A stretch of 64,000 nucleotides of DNA from Dehalococcoidia bacterium. Lineage in GTDB: Bacteria; Chloroflexota; Dehalococcoidia; Lucifugimonadales; HRBIN23. Shown piece after piece: positions 25,544 through 34,452 of the stretch. The stretch spans positions 178,446 through 242,445 of the forward strand of contig JANXCH010000011.1 in assembly GCA_025060295.1 (NCBI GenBank), read 5' to 3'. A program made the translations under genes and the position numbers. Within the stretch, counting starts at the first letter, position 1; each line of letters begins with the position of its first letter. A model generated the notes under the pieces. That model made no database searches. It saw only the letters and a list, made by a program, of their open reading frames with translations, and was not told the DNA's origin.

Positions 25544-27187
25544 ATGAAGCCCCACCTTATCCTTATCGGCTTCTCGGGCACCGGCAAGTCCGCCATAGGA
25601 CGGGAGGTCGCCCGCCTCCTGGGATGGCCTTTCGTGGATACCGACCAAGAAATAGTGCGACGGGCCGGCAAGCCTATCGCTGCTATCTTCGCCCAAGAGG
25701 GGGAAGAGGCCTTCCGCACCCTGGAGACCCAGGTCCTGGCCGACGCCCTCGCCTCCCCCCAGCCCACCGTCATCGCCACCGGCGGGGGGGCAGTGCTCCG
25801 CGAGGCCAACCGCCAACACATGGCCCAGGCGGGGGTGGTCATCTGCCTGGAGGCCCGGCCCGACACCATCCTCCAGCGCCTCGTCCAGGCCGAGGACGAG
25901 GTGCGCCCTCTGCTGGCGGGCCCCCAACCCCTGGAACGCATCCGCACCCTCAAGGCCCAGCGCCAGCCCCTCTACGCCCTCGCCGACTGGACCGTCCACA
26001 CCGACCACCTCTCCGTGGACGAGGCAGCCCACGAGGTGGTGCGGGGCTACGACCTGGCCCGCCGGCGCTTCCCCCAGCCCGCCGACGCCGATGCTGACCT
26101 GGCTGCCATCGTGCACACCTCCGCCGGCCCCTACGCTATTTACGCCGGATGGAACCTCATCCCCACCCTGGGACAGAGGCTCCAGCGCATCGGCCTCGCC
26201 TCCACCGCCTACCTGGTGAGCGACCGGGCGGTCTTTTATACCTGGGGGCGCAAGGTGCAAACCGCCCTGGAGGAGGCCGACATCCCGACCCACATCTTCA
26301 CCTTTCCGCCGGGCGAGGCGTCCAAGACCCTGGACACCGTGCGCCTGGCGTATGGGTGGCTGGCATCTTTGAAGGCCCAGCGGGGCCACCTCATCGTGGC
26401 CGTGGGCGGGGGTGTGGTGGGCGACCTGGCAGGCTTCGTCGCCGCCACCTACAATCGGGGCATGCCCTTCATCCAGGTGCCCACCACCCTCCTGGCAATG
26501 GTGGACGCCGCCATCGGTGGCAAGACAGGTGTGGACCTGCCTGAGGGGAAGAATTTGGTGGGGGCCTTTCACCAACCCCGCATGGTGCTGGCCGACGCGG
26601 CAACCTTGAGCACCCTTCCCCCCCGCGCCCTGCGAGAGGGATGGGCCGAGACCATCAAGCATGGGCTCATTCTGGATGCCCACCTCTTCCGCACTTGTGA
26701 GGAGCAGGCCGAGGCCCTCCTGGGCCTGGACAGGCAGGTAACAGTGCCCGTGCTCCGCAGGTCCATGGCCATCAAGGCCGCGGTGGTCTCCCAGGATGAG
26801 AAAGAGACCAAAGGCCTGCGTATCCTCCTCAACTATGGGCACACCGTCGGCCACGCCCTAGAGCAGGCGACGGGCTACACGGATTACCTGCACGGGGAGG
26901 CAGTGGCCATCGGCATGATGGCCGAGGGACGCATCAGCCAGCGGATGGGCCTTCTGTCCGCCGAGGGGTTGGAGCGCCAGCGGCGCGTGCTGGAGCGCTT
27001 CGGCCTCCCGACGGCCTGCCCGGGGGTAGACCCCCAGGCCCTCAAGGCCGCCATGGCTGTGGACAAGAAGCGGGCGGGAAAGGGCCTGCGGTGGGTGCTC
27101 CTGGCCGACATCGGACGGGCGGTGGTGCGGGCCGACGTGCCCGACGCCCTGGTGGACGAGGCTTTGCGGGAGATTACAGGGCGCTAG
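25544..27187 (+). CDS. aroKB: Bifunctional shikimate kinase / 3-dehydroquinate synthase
   Basis: The N-terminal LILIGFSGTGKSAIGR P-loop with VDTD and ATGGG marks the AroK part. VGGGVVGDLAGFVAATYNRGMPFIQVPTTLLAMVDAAIGGKTGV, YGHTVGHALE and HGEAVAIG mark the AroB part. Confidence 0.85.
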   Translation: MKPHLILIGFSGTGKSAIGREVARLLGWPFVDTDQEIVRRAGKPIAAIFAQEGEEAFRTLETQVLADALASPQPTVIATGGGAVLREANRQHMAQAGVVICLEARPDTILQRLVQAEDEVRPLLAGPQPLERIRTLKAQRQPLYALADWTVHTDHLSVDEAAHEVVRGYDLARRRFPQPADADADLAAIVHTSAGPYAIYAGWNLIPTLGQRLQRIGLASTAYLVSDRAVFYTWGRKVQTALEEADIPTHIFTFPPGEASKTLDTVRLAYGWLASLKAQRGHLIVAVGGGVVGDLAGFVAATYNRGMPFIQVPTTLLAMVDAAIGGKTGVDLPEGKNLVGAFHQPRMVLADAATLSTLPPRALREGWAETIKHGLILDAHLFRTCEEQAEALLGLDRQVTVPVLRRSMAIKAAVVSQDEKETKGLRILLNYGHTVGHALEQATGYTDYLHGEAVAIGMMAEGRISQRMGLLSAEGLERQRRVLERFGLPTACPGVDPQALKAAMAVDKKRAGKGLRWVLLADIGRAVVRADVPDALVDEALREITGR

Positions 27188-27699
27188 GAGCGGCTGGCCG
27201 TCAACTGGCGCACCGTCTCGGCTAGAGTGCTCACCTGCTTCTCCAGGTTCTCCACCCGCACCGTCAGGCGCGCCACATCCGTAAGGGTGGCCATCTGACG
27301 CATGAGGATATCCATCTTCCCATCAATGGCCGAGACCGCCTTGGCCAAGTCCAGAATTTCCTTGTGCATAGCGTCAAAGCGGGCGTCCACCCGGGCGAAG
27401 CGTTCGTTCATCTCCCGCGTCAGGGCCTCAAAGCGGGCGTCCACCTGGGCGAAGCGCTGGTCCACCTGGGCGAACCGCTGCTCTATCTGAACGAAGCGCT
27501 GGTCTAACTGGCCAAAGCGTTGCTCCATCTGGCCGAACCGCTGCTCCACCTGGGCGAAGCGCTCCTCCAAGACCTTCTCCAGGCGGTCCAGGCGCTCGCC
27601 CAACAGGCGCACCTCGGCCTGCAGGGCCTTGAACTCGGGGATTAGCAGGTCGCGCACGACCTGCCGAAAGCCCTCCACGATGTCCCGTGCCGTGCTCAT
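27184..27699 (-). CDS. Coiled-coil heptad-repeat protein, longer paralog of 22651..22998 (function unknown)
   Basis: N-terminus ARDIVEGFRQVVRDLLIPEFKALQAEVRLLGERLDRLEKVLEERFA, followed by about 8 (Q/A/E)RFxQ(V/M/L/I)(E/D) heptads. Confidence 0.7.
   Translation of the reverse strand: MSTARDIVEGFRQVVRDLLIPEFKALQAEVRLLGERLDRLEKVLEERFAQVEQRFGQMEQRFGQLDQRFVQIEQRFAQVDQRFAQVDARFEALTREMNERFARVDARFDAMHKEILDLAKAVSAIDGKMDILMRQMATLTDVARLTVRVENLEKQVSTLAETVRQLTASRS
27440..27565 (-). repeat. Six tandem in-frame 21-nt repeats (core of a longer degenerate array from ~27377)
   Basis: Plus-strand units: TCCACCTGGGCGAAGCGCTGG, TCCACCTGGGCGAACCGCTGC, TCTATCTGAACGAAGCGCTGG, TCTAACTGGCCAAAGCGTTGC, TCCATCTGGCCGAACCGCTGC, TCCACCTGGGCGAAGCGCTCC. 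Confidence 0.85.
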
Positions 27700-27709
27700 C
27701 GCCTTTCCC

Positions 27710-27715
27710 AGTATA
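27710..27715 (-). promoter_or_regulatory. -10 box TATACT (within palindrome AGTATACT), 10 nt upstream of ATG 27699
   Basis: The minus strand reads cgtagTATACTgggaaaggcgATG. The spacing implies a very short or absent 5'UTR. Confidence 0.4.
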
Positions 27716-27723
27716 CTACGGGT

Positions 27724-27963
27724 TCAGGCCCCCGTGCCCTGCGCCGCCGCCCAGACACGGGCCACATCCCCCTCCGACACCCCTCGGCGGCGCAGTTCCG
27801 CCAGCAGATCCTCCACATAGGGCAGAATAACCGTATCCCCCACCACATTCTCGGAGCACGGCTCCACCCGGTCGGGACGGCACTCGTGGGAGATCACCCA
27901 CCCCCACAGGGACGACTCCACACACAGGAAAACGGGACGCTCCACATGCATGTGCACCCGCAT
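27724..27963 (-). CDS. Hypothetical small protein (79 aa)
   Basis: The ORF lies directly upstream of, and co-oriented with, the coiled-coil gene. Third-codon positions are mostly G/C and the amino-acid composition is ordinary. No motif recognised. Confidence 0.35.
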   Translation of the reverse strand: MRVHMHVERPVFLCVESSLWGWVISHECRPDRVEPCSENVVGDTVILPYVEDLLAELRRRGVSEGDVARVWAAAQGTGA

Positions 27964-28066
27964 GCTGCCCCCTCCAGGGTATTATCCCACTCCGCAGAGG
28001 CAGACGGCCAGCCGTGTGGAAGCCCATCCCACAAAAAAGAGGTTCGTGGGGTGTTGCCCCCCGCCC

Positions 28067-28095
28067 TTTACAGCACTGCAACGAGCCCCTATCAT
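28067..28095 (+). promoter_or_regulatory. Sigma-70-like promoter TTTACA-17-TATCAT upstream of the S1 gene
   Basis: TTTACA at 28067-28072, a 17-nt spacer, then TATCAT at 28090-28095, about 35 nt upstream of GTG 28131. Confidence 0.5.
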
Positions 28096-28130
28096 GAGGG
28101 TAGCCACCCCCCGGAAAGGACAGGGCAGCC

Positions 28131-29243
28131 GTGAGCGCGCCAGGCCAGGGCACTCCCACTCCCCCTACCCCTCCCAGTATGTCTGACTGGCTCAGCCACA
28201 CGGAGGGGTGGCGCACTCTGCGTCGGGGTGAAATCGTAGAGGGTCTGGTGATGCGGGTGGACTCCGACGGCCTGCTGGTCAGCGTGGGGGGGAAATCGGA
28301 GGGGTTTGTCCCCCTGCGGGAGATGCGCACCCTGGCCGACAAGAGCGTGAAAGTGGGTGATACCATCCTCGCCACCGTGCTCCGCCCCGAGGACGCGGAG
28401 GGCCCCGCTCTCCTTTCCGTAGACCGCGCCCACGGCGAAAAGGGGTGGCGTCTGTTGGAAGCGGCCCTGGCCGAAGGCAAAAGGATCACAGCACGCTGCA
28501 CGGGCTATAATAAAGGTGGGCTTGTGGTGGAGGTGGAGGGCGTTCAGGGCTTTGTCCCCCTCTCCCAGGTGGCCCCCAACCCCAAACCTCCCCAAGGGGA
28601 GAGCGATCTGGCCCAACGGGTGGGCAAAACCCTCCACCTCAAAGTGCTGGAGGTGGAGCGCAAACGGGGACGGGCCATCCTCTCCGAGCGGGCCGTCTGG
28701 CAGGAGGAGCGGGAGGCCCAAAAGGCACGCCTGCTCCAGGAGCTGCAGGAGGGCCAAGTGCGCAAAGGGCGTGTGTCCAGCCTGTCCCCCTTTGGGGCCT
28801 TCGTGGATTTGGGGGGGGCCGATGGCCTTATCCACCTCTCCGAACTCTCCTGGACGCGGGTGACCCGCCCCGAGGAGGTGCTGCAGGTGGGGCAGGAGGT
28901 AGAGGTGTATGTGCTGAAGGTGGACCGGGAGAACCGGCGCATCAGCCTCTCCTTGCGCCGTCTGCTCCCCCAGCCCTGGGAGACCGTCGCCGCCCGTTAT
29001 CAGGTGGGCCAACTGGTGCCCGCCACCATCACCCGCCTCACCGAGTTTGGTGCCTTCGCCCGTCTCGAGGATGGCATAGAGGGGTTGATTCACATCTCCG
29101 AACTGTCCGACCGCCCCCTCACCGACCCCCGCCAGGCCGTGCGCGAGGGGGACAGTGTCACGGTCAAAGTCCTCCGCATTGAACCGGAGCGGAAGCGCAT
29201 CGCCCTAAGCCTGCGCCAGGCCCAGGCGGAACTGGCCTTGTAA
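28131..29243 (+). CDS. rpsA: 30S ribosomal protein S1-like (four S1 domains)
   Basis: Four repeats of the S1 OB-fold pattern (G.IVEG.V..V...G..V.VGG..GF.P..E). The start could be GTG 28131 or ATG 28179. Confidence 0.8.
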   Translation: MSAPGQGTPTPPTPPSMSDWLSHTEGWRTLRRGEIVEGLVMRVDSDGLLVSVGGKSEGFVPLREMRTLADKSVKVGDTILATVLRPEDAEGPALLSVDRAHGEKGWRLLEAALAEGKRITARCTGYNKGGLVVEVEGVQGFVPLSQVAPNPKPPQGESDLAQRVGKTLHLKVLEVERKRGRAILSERAVWQEEREAQKARLLQELQEGQVRKGRVSSLSPFGAFVDLGGADGLIHLSELSWTRVTRPEEVLQVGQEVEVYVLKVDRENRRISLSLRRLLPQPWETVAARYQVGQLVPATITRLTEFGAFARLEDGIEGLIHISELSDRPLTDPRQAVREGDSVTVKVLRIEPERKRIALSLRQAQAELAL

Positions 29244-29271
29244 CCCAGAGCCTCGGCAAGGACGGTGAGCC

Positions 29272-31734
29272 ATGACGAGCAGATTTGAAAAGTTCTCAGA
29301 AAGAGCCCGCAGGGTCTTATCCCTGGCCCAAGAGGAGGCCGTCCGCTTCAACCATAACTACATCGGCACCGAGCACCTCCTCCTGGGCCTGGTACGAGAG
29401 ACGGAAGGGGTTGCAGCACGCGTCCTGGCCAACCTGGGTGTAGACCTCAACAAGGTCCGTTCCGCCGTCGAGTTCATCATCGGGCGGGGCGAGCGCCCCG
29501 TCTCCCAGGAGAGCATCGGCCTGACCCCTCGTGCCAAAAAGGTGATTGAGCTGGCCGTGGACGAGGCCCGTCGCCTGGGCCACCACTACATCGGCACCGA
29601 GCACCTCCTCATCGGCCTTTTGCGGGAGGGGGAGGGCGTGGCCGCCGGGGTGCTGGAAAGCCTGGGGGTGAGCCTGGACCGGGTGCGGGCCGAAACCCAG
29701 CGCATCCTCTCCCAGACCACCGGCCAGGCCCGGGAGGGGCGCGCCACCGCCCGCACCCCCACCCTGGACCAACTGGGGGTGGACCTCACCGCTCTGGCAC
29801 GCCAGGGTAAACTGGACCCCGTCTGGGGACGCCATCGGGAAATCCAGCGGGTCATCCAAATCCTCTCCCGCCGCACCAAGAACAACCCCGTCCTCATCGG
29901 CGAGCCCGGCGTGGGCAAAACGGCCATCGTGGAGGCCCTGGCCCAGCGCATCGTGGCCGGCGAGGTGCCCGAAACCCTGCAGGGCAAACGCCTGGTTACC
30001 CTGGATATGGGAGCCCTGGTGGCCGGCACCAAATACCGGGGCGAGTTTGAGGAGCGCCTCAAGAAAGTCATTGAGGAAATCCGCACCGCCGGCAACATCA
30101 TCCTGTTCATCGACGAGATGCACACCCTGGTAGGGGCGGGCGCCGCCGAAGGGGCTGTGGACGCCGCCAACATCCTCAAACCCTCCCTCTCCCGGGGGGA
30201 GTTGCAAGTGGTGGGTGCCACCACCCTGGATGACTACCGCAAATACGTGGAGCGGGACCCGGCTTTGGAACGGCGCTTCCAGCCCGTTTTGGTGGAGGAG
30301 CCGACCGTGGAGGACACGGTGGAAATCCTCCGCTACATCAAGGGGCGCTACGAGGAGCACCACCGCCTCACCATCTCCGACGAGGCGTTGGTCGCCGCCG
30401 CGCGCCTGGCCGCCCGCTTCATCCCCGACCGCTTCCTCCCCGATAAGGCCATTGACCTGGTGGACGAGGCCGCCTCCCGCGTGCGCATCCAGCGGGCCAC
30501 CACCCCCCTCTCAGTCAAAGAGGTGCAGAAACTCCTGGAGAATGTGCGCCGGGAGAAAGAGGAGGCCATCGCCAACCAACAGTATGAATACGCCGCCGAA
30601 CTGCGCCAACGGGAACTCAACCTCATGCGCAAGGTGGAGGAGGCGGAGCGCCAGTGGCAGACCGAGCAGGAGAAGGAGAAGCCCGTCGTTACCGCCGACG
30701 ACATCGCCGAGGTGGTCTCCATGTGGACGGGCATCCCCCTCTCCCGCCTCAAGCAGGAAGAGACAGAGCGCCTCCTGAAGATGGAGGAGCACCTCCACAA
30801 ACGCATCATCGGGCAAGACGAGGCCATCACCGTGGTCTCCAAGGCCGTCCGCCGCGCCCGCGCCGGCCTGAAGGACCCCCGTCGCCCCGTGGGTGTCTTC
30901 ATCTTCCTGGGGCCCACCGGCGTGGGCAAGACCGAACTGGCCCGCGCCCTGGCCGAGTTCATGTTCGGCTCCGACGACGCTATGGTGCGCCTGGATATGT
31001 CCGAGTTTATGGAGCGCCACACCGTCGCCCGCCTAGTGGGCGCACCCCCGGGCTATGTGGGCTACGAGGAGGGGGGCCAACTCACCGAGACCATCCGCCG
31101 TAAGCCCCACTCGGTCATCCTGCTGGACGAGATAGAAAAGGCCCACCCCGATGTGTTCAACATCCTCCTGCAAATCTTCGACGACGGCCACCTCACCGAC
31201 GCCAAAGGACGTAAGGTGGACTTCCGCAACACCATCATCATCATGACCAGCAACCTGGGCTCCGACCTGATTCGCAGGGAGTCGGCCCTGGGTTTCCAGG
31301 TGAAAAAGGAGGAGGCCCGCACCTTCCAGGAAGCCTACGAGCGGATGAAGGAAAAGGTTACCACCGAGGTGAAACGCTTCTTCCGCCCCGAGTTCCTCAA
31401 CCGCATTGATGCCATCGTGGTGTTCCACGCCCTCACTCGGGAGCACATCCTGCAGATCGTGGACCTTATGCTCTCCCAAGTGCACAAGCAACTGGCCGAG
31501 AAGGACATCAAACTGGAGATTACCCCTGCGGCGCGGGAGTGGCTGGGCCAGAAGGGCTACGACCCCAACTTCGGCGCACGCCCCCTGCGTCGGGTCATCC
31601 AAACCCATGTGGAAGACCGCCTCTCCGAGGAACTCCTGGCCGGCAAGTTCAAGCCCGGCGACACCGTCATCATAGACGTGGAGAACGACCAGATCGTTAC
31701 CCGCTGTCGGGAGACCGCCTCCGCCCGCAGCTAG
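29272..31734 (+). CDS. clpC: ATP-dependent Clp protease ATP-binding subunit ClpC
   Basis: Duplicated Clp-N repeat ([11 protein letters not shown] / [11 protein letters not shown]), a UVR-like [13 protein letters not shown], and two AAA modules (GEPGVGKTA; [11 protein letters not shown]). Confidence 0.9.
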   Translation: MTSRFEKFSERARRVLSLAQEEAVRFNHNYIGTEHLLLGLVRETEGVAARVLANLGVDLNKVRSAVEFIIGRGERPVSQESIGLTPRAKKVIELAVDEARRLGHHYIGTEHLLIGLLREGEGVAAGVLESLGVSLDRVRAETQRILSQTTGQAREGRATARTPTLDQLGVDLTALARQGKLDPVWGRHREIQRVIQILSRRTKNNPVLIGEPGVGKTAIVEALAQRIVAGEVPETLQGKRLVTLDMGALVAGTKYRGEFEERLKKVIEEIRTAGNIILFIDEMHTLVGAGAAEGAVDAANILKPSLSRGELQVVGATTLDDYRKYVERDPALERRFQPVLVEEPTVEDTVEILRYIKGRYEEHHRLTISDEALVAAARLAARFIPDRFLPDKAIDLVDEAASRVRIQRATTPLSVKEVQKLLENVRREKEEAIANQQYEYAAELRQRELNLMRKVEEAERQWQTEQEKEKPVVTADDIAEVVSMWTGIPLSRLKQEETERLLKMEEHLHKRIIGQDEAITVVSKAVRRARAGLKDPRRPVGVFIFLGPTGVGKTELARALAEFMFGSDDAMVRLDMSEFMERHTVARLVGAPPGYVGYEEGGQLTETIRRKPHSVILLDEIEKAHPDVFNILLQIFDDGHLTDAKGRKVDFRNTIIIMTSNLGSDLIRRESALGFQVKKEEARTFQEAYERMKEKVTTEVKRFFRPEFLNRIDAIVVFHALTREHILQIVDLMLSQVHKQLAEKDIKLEITPAAREWLGQKGYDPNFGARPLRRVIQTHVEDRLSEELLAGKFKPGDTVIIDVENDQIVTRCRETASARS

Positions 31735-31989
31735 TGGCCCCTCGGCCCCCTCCCCAGACATCATGAGTGGGATGGGGCCTCCCTTTGGGCGCCTCCCCTG
31801 GGGGGCTGGAGCATTTCCCCCACCCTCCCATAGACACTCCGGCGCGACCCTGCGCGCGTGGCAACCCCGTGCAGGGGTGGGGCTACTCTGCCTTTTCTAT
31901 TGCCTGCGTGCTGCGTGGCCACATCCCAAACCATGCCCCCCCGGACAACAGCGGCGGGGCGGACACACCGCCCCCCTACTCCCACCCCC

Positions 31990-31998
31990 TGCTATACT
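31990..31998 (+). promoter_or_regulatory. Extended -10 promoter TGcTATACT
   Basis: TG at 31990-31991 and TATACT at 31993-31998. The implied TSS near 32005 supports the GTG 32031 start (GAGGGG RBS). Confidence 0.5.
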
Positions 31999-32030
31999 AG
32001 GTGTGCCACTACACGCGCGAGGGGTGCACC

Positions 32031-33035
32031 GTGCGCTTCGGCGTCAGCCTCTTGGCCGTAGCCCAACAACCCAAAGGCACCGACCCCTCCCGCCAGGTGG
32101 AGGAGGTCCTCACCTGGGCGCGGGCCGCCCGGGACCTGGGCTTTGACTACCTGACGATGGGCCAACACTACCTCACCAGCCCCTACCAGATGTTCCAGCC
32201 CATCCCCCTGCTGGCCCGCCTTATCCCCGAAACGGGGCAGATGCGCCTGGTAACTACCCTGATTATCCCCCTCCACAACCCCGTGGACTTGGCCGAGAGC
32301 TTGGCCACGCTGGATGTGCTCTCCGGGGGGCGCATCGGCATCAGTTGCGCCCTGGGCTACCGGGACGAGGAATACCGCGCCTTCGGCGTGGACCCCAAGC
32401 GCCGTGTCTCCCGCATGACCGAGTGTGTGCAGTGCTTGGTGCGCCTGTGGACGGAGGAGGAGGTTACCTTTCACGGACAGCACTTCACCCTGGAGCGGGC
32501 CACGGTGGTGCTCCGCCCCCTCCAGAAGCCCCACCCGCCCCTGTGGATTGCTGCGAACAGCGACAGCGCCATCATCCGCGCGGCGCGAATGGGCCTCCCC
32601 TGGAACATCAACCCCCACGCCACCTTGGCCACCATTCAACGCCAGGTCGCCCTCTATCGTCAGGCTGCCCAAGAGGCGGGGAAAGACCCCACCATCCCTC
32701 TCCCGATGGGGCGGGAGCTCTACTGCGCCCCCACCGCCCAACAGGCCTGGGAGGAGGTGGGGCCCTACATTTACGGCAAATACCAGGCCTACGCCCAGTG
32801 GGGACAGGACAAGGCCCTTCCCGGCCAGGAGACCTTCCGCACGCGCCTGGACGCCCTGGCCCAGGACCGCTTCATAATCGGCTCCCCCGACGACTGCTCC
32901 CGTGTCCTGGAGCGCTATGCGGAACTGGGCATCGGCTCCGCCCATTTCCGCATGCACTGGCCGGGGATGCCCTTGTCCCAAGCCCTGCGGGGGATGGAGT
33001 TGTTCGCCCGGCGGGTGATGCCCCGCTTCCGCTAG
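32031..33035 (+). CDS. LLM-class (luciferase-like) flavin-dependent oxidoreductase
   Basis: N-terminus VRFGVSLL, with FDYLTMGQHY, LDVLSGGRIGISCALGY and PPLWIAANSD blocks typical of the luciferase-like monooxygenase family. Confidence 0.8.
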   Translation: MRFGVSLLAVAQQPKGTDPSRQVEEVLTWARAARDLGFDYLTMGQHYLTSPYQMFQPIPLLARLIPETGQMRLVTTLIIPLHNPVDLAESLATLDVLSGGRIGISCALGYRDEEYRAFGVDPKRRVSRMTECVQCLVRLWTEEEVTFHGQHFTLERATVVLRPLQKPHPPLWIAANSDSAIIRAARMGLPWNINPHATLATIQRQVALYRQAAQEAGKDPTIPLPMGRELYCAPTAQQAWEEVGPYIYGKYQAYAQWGQDKALPGQETFRTRLDALAQDRFIIGSPDDCSRVLERYAELGIGSAHFRMHWPGMPLSQALRGMELFARRVMPRFR

Positions 33036-33146
33036 GGTGTCGCGCCCCTTGGGGCGCACCCTGTGCGCGCAGGTGCGAACACACGGGGCGCAGGCTGGGC
33101 ACCATCCTCAGCCACCTTCTCGCTCTGGGGGGTCCCCCCCTGCCCC

Positions 33147-33175
33147 TTGACGATGCCCTGCCACAACCCTATAGT
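33147..33175 (+). promoter_or_regulatory. Sigma-70-like promoter TTGACG-17-TATAGT upstream of the Fur-family gene
   Basis: TTGACG at 33147-33152, a 17-nt spacer, then TATAGT at 33170-33175. Confidence 0.6.
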
Positions 33176-33195
33176 GCAATTGCACATCGTTGCAC
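33174..33195 (+). promoter_or_regulatory. Putative operator: perfect palindrome GTGCAATTGCAC plus third half-site TTGCAC
   Basis: GTGCAATTGCAC at 33174-33185 overlaps the end of the -10 box and the predicted TSS. TTGCAC recurs at 33190-33195 after a 4-nt gap. Confidence 0.5.
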
Positions 33196-33204
33196 GAGGC
33201 GGAG

Positions 33205-33666
33205 ATGGGTGGACACAGCGCGGCCCTGGAGACCCTCAAGGGGACAGGACGCCGCCTCACCCCCCAACGCCTAATGGTGCTGGAGGCTATCGCCGAGGCG
33301 GGGGGGCATGTGGGTGCGGAGGAGGTGCTGTCCCGGGTGCAGAAGGTTTACCCCTATATCGACATCGCCACCATCTACCGCACACTCAACCTCCTGAAGG
33401 GTTTGGGGCTGGTGATGGAGATCGCCACTCCCCAGGGAACACGCTACGAACTGGTGCGGGAGGGCCAACGCCACCACCATATGGTCTGCCGCGCCTGCGG
33501 GAGCACATGGGATATGTCTACCCGTTTCCTGGCTGCCCTTCAGGAAGAGGTTCGGAGGGAATACGGCTTCCAGGCCGATATGGCCCACTTTACCCTGCAG
33601 GGCCTCTGCCAAGAATGCCTGGCTCATAGCGCCTCCCCCGCCTCCCCAAGGAGAGCCGATGCCTGA
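33205..33666 (+). CDS. Fur-family metalloregulator
   Basis: RLTPQRLMVLEAI winged-helix region, HHHMVCRACG and CQEC (two CxxC pairs). ATG 33205 with a GAGGCGGAG RBS is preferred over TTG 33190, which lies inside the operator. Confidence 0.85.
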   Translation: MGGHSAALETLKGTGRRLTPQRLMVLEAIAEAGGHVGAEEVLSRVQKVYPYIDIATIYRTLNLLKGLGLVMEIATPQGTRYELVREGQRHHHMVCRACGSTWDMSTRFLAALQEEVRREYGFQADMAHFTLQGLCQECLAHSASPASPRRADA

Positions 33667-34417
33667 ACAGAGCCTGCTTCTACTGGCCCTGGGGACGCTC
33701 CTTTTGGGCCTGCGCCACGGCGTCGACTGGGACCACATCGCTGCCATCGCCGACCTCACGGGTGCCCAGCCTACGCGCCTGCGGGGTTTTATCATCGGGA
33801 CGCTGTATGCGTTGGGGCATGCCTTTGTGGTGGTGGTACTGGGCCTGTTGGCCTTGTGGTTCGGCACCCTTCTCCCGGAGTGGGTGGACGCCTACCTGGA
33901 GCGGGTGGTGGGGGCGACCCTGGTGGTGTTGGGGGCGTGGATCTTCTGGACGCTCTGGCAAAGCCCCCAAGAGTTTCGCCTGCGCAGTCGGTGGATGCTC
34001 CTTTTGGCGGGGGCACGGGCGCTCTACCGGCGCCTCACAACCCTCCTGCGGCGTCAACCTGCCGTTGTCCCCGTGGGCGGGGGCCAGCCCATAGATACCC
34101 CCGGCCCCCTGATGGCCTGGAACATCGGCATGATTCACGGTATCGGGGCCGAAACAGGGAGCCAGGCCCTTCTGCTGGCCTCGGTGGCCGGGGTCAGCGC
34201 CGCTGGAGCCGGCAGTGTGCTCCTGTTCACCTTCACCCTGGGACTAGTGATCTCCAACTCTCTCATTACCCTGGCGACCACGATGGGCTTCCTGGGTGCC
34301 CAGGGACGGCGCTGGCTCTACATCGCCCTGGGGGTGGTGGCGGGGGTGTTCAGCCTGGTGCTGGGCATCCTCTTCCTGGCTGGGTGGGGCACCCTGCTCC
34401 CGGCTCTGCTCGGGTAG
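33659..34417 (+). CDS. NicO/UreH-like nickel/cobalt permease-type membrane protein
   Basis: About 6 TM helices. GLRHGVDWDHIAAI and HGIGAETGSQ resemble the two signature segments of high-affinity Ni/Co transporters. ATG 33659 overlaps the Fur-family stop by 8 nt. Confidence 0.6.
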   Translation: MPEQSLLLLALGTLLLGLRHGVDWDHIAAIADLTGAQPTRLRGFIIGTLYALGHAFVVVVLGLLALWFGTLLPEWVDAYLERVVGATLVVLGAWIFWTLWQSPQEFRLRSRWMLLLAGARALYRRLTTLLRRQPAVVPVGGGQPIDTPGPLMAWNIGMIHGIGAETGSQALLLASVAGVSAAGAGSVLLFTFTLGLVISNSLITLATTMGFLGAQGRRWLYIALGVVAGVFSLVLGILFLAGWGTLLPALLG

Positions 34418-34452
34418 CGGGTGAAAGCCCGCAGTATCCTTCGGGCGCGGGG

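Noticed and set aside
25138-26097. 319-aa ORF running from the aroC to aroK spacer through the first third of aroK-aroB.
   Set aside because: It is out of frame with the well-supported AroK-AroB fusion and has an Arg/Pro/Gly-rich translation. Only its first ~12 codons (SLGGSYAPRAGRP) look real, and those belong to the decayed nucleotidyltransferase.
27184-27187. Shared CTAG in which convergent aroK-aroB (TAG) and the coiled-coil gene (TAG on the other strand) both terminate.
   Set aside because: It is real, but it is a trivial consequence of the palindromic CTAG. There is no evidence of function.
27716-28501. 261-aa minus-strand ORF covering the rpsA promoter and 5' end.
   Set aside because: The translation is Arg/Pro/Ser/Gly-rich. 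It overlaps the S1 gene and its TTTACA-17-TATCAT promoter. Only the alternative-frame 79-aa ORF (27724-27963) was retained, at low confidence.
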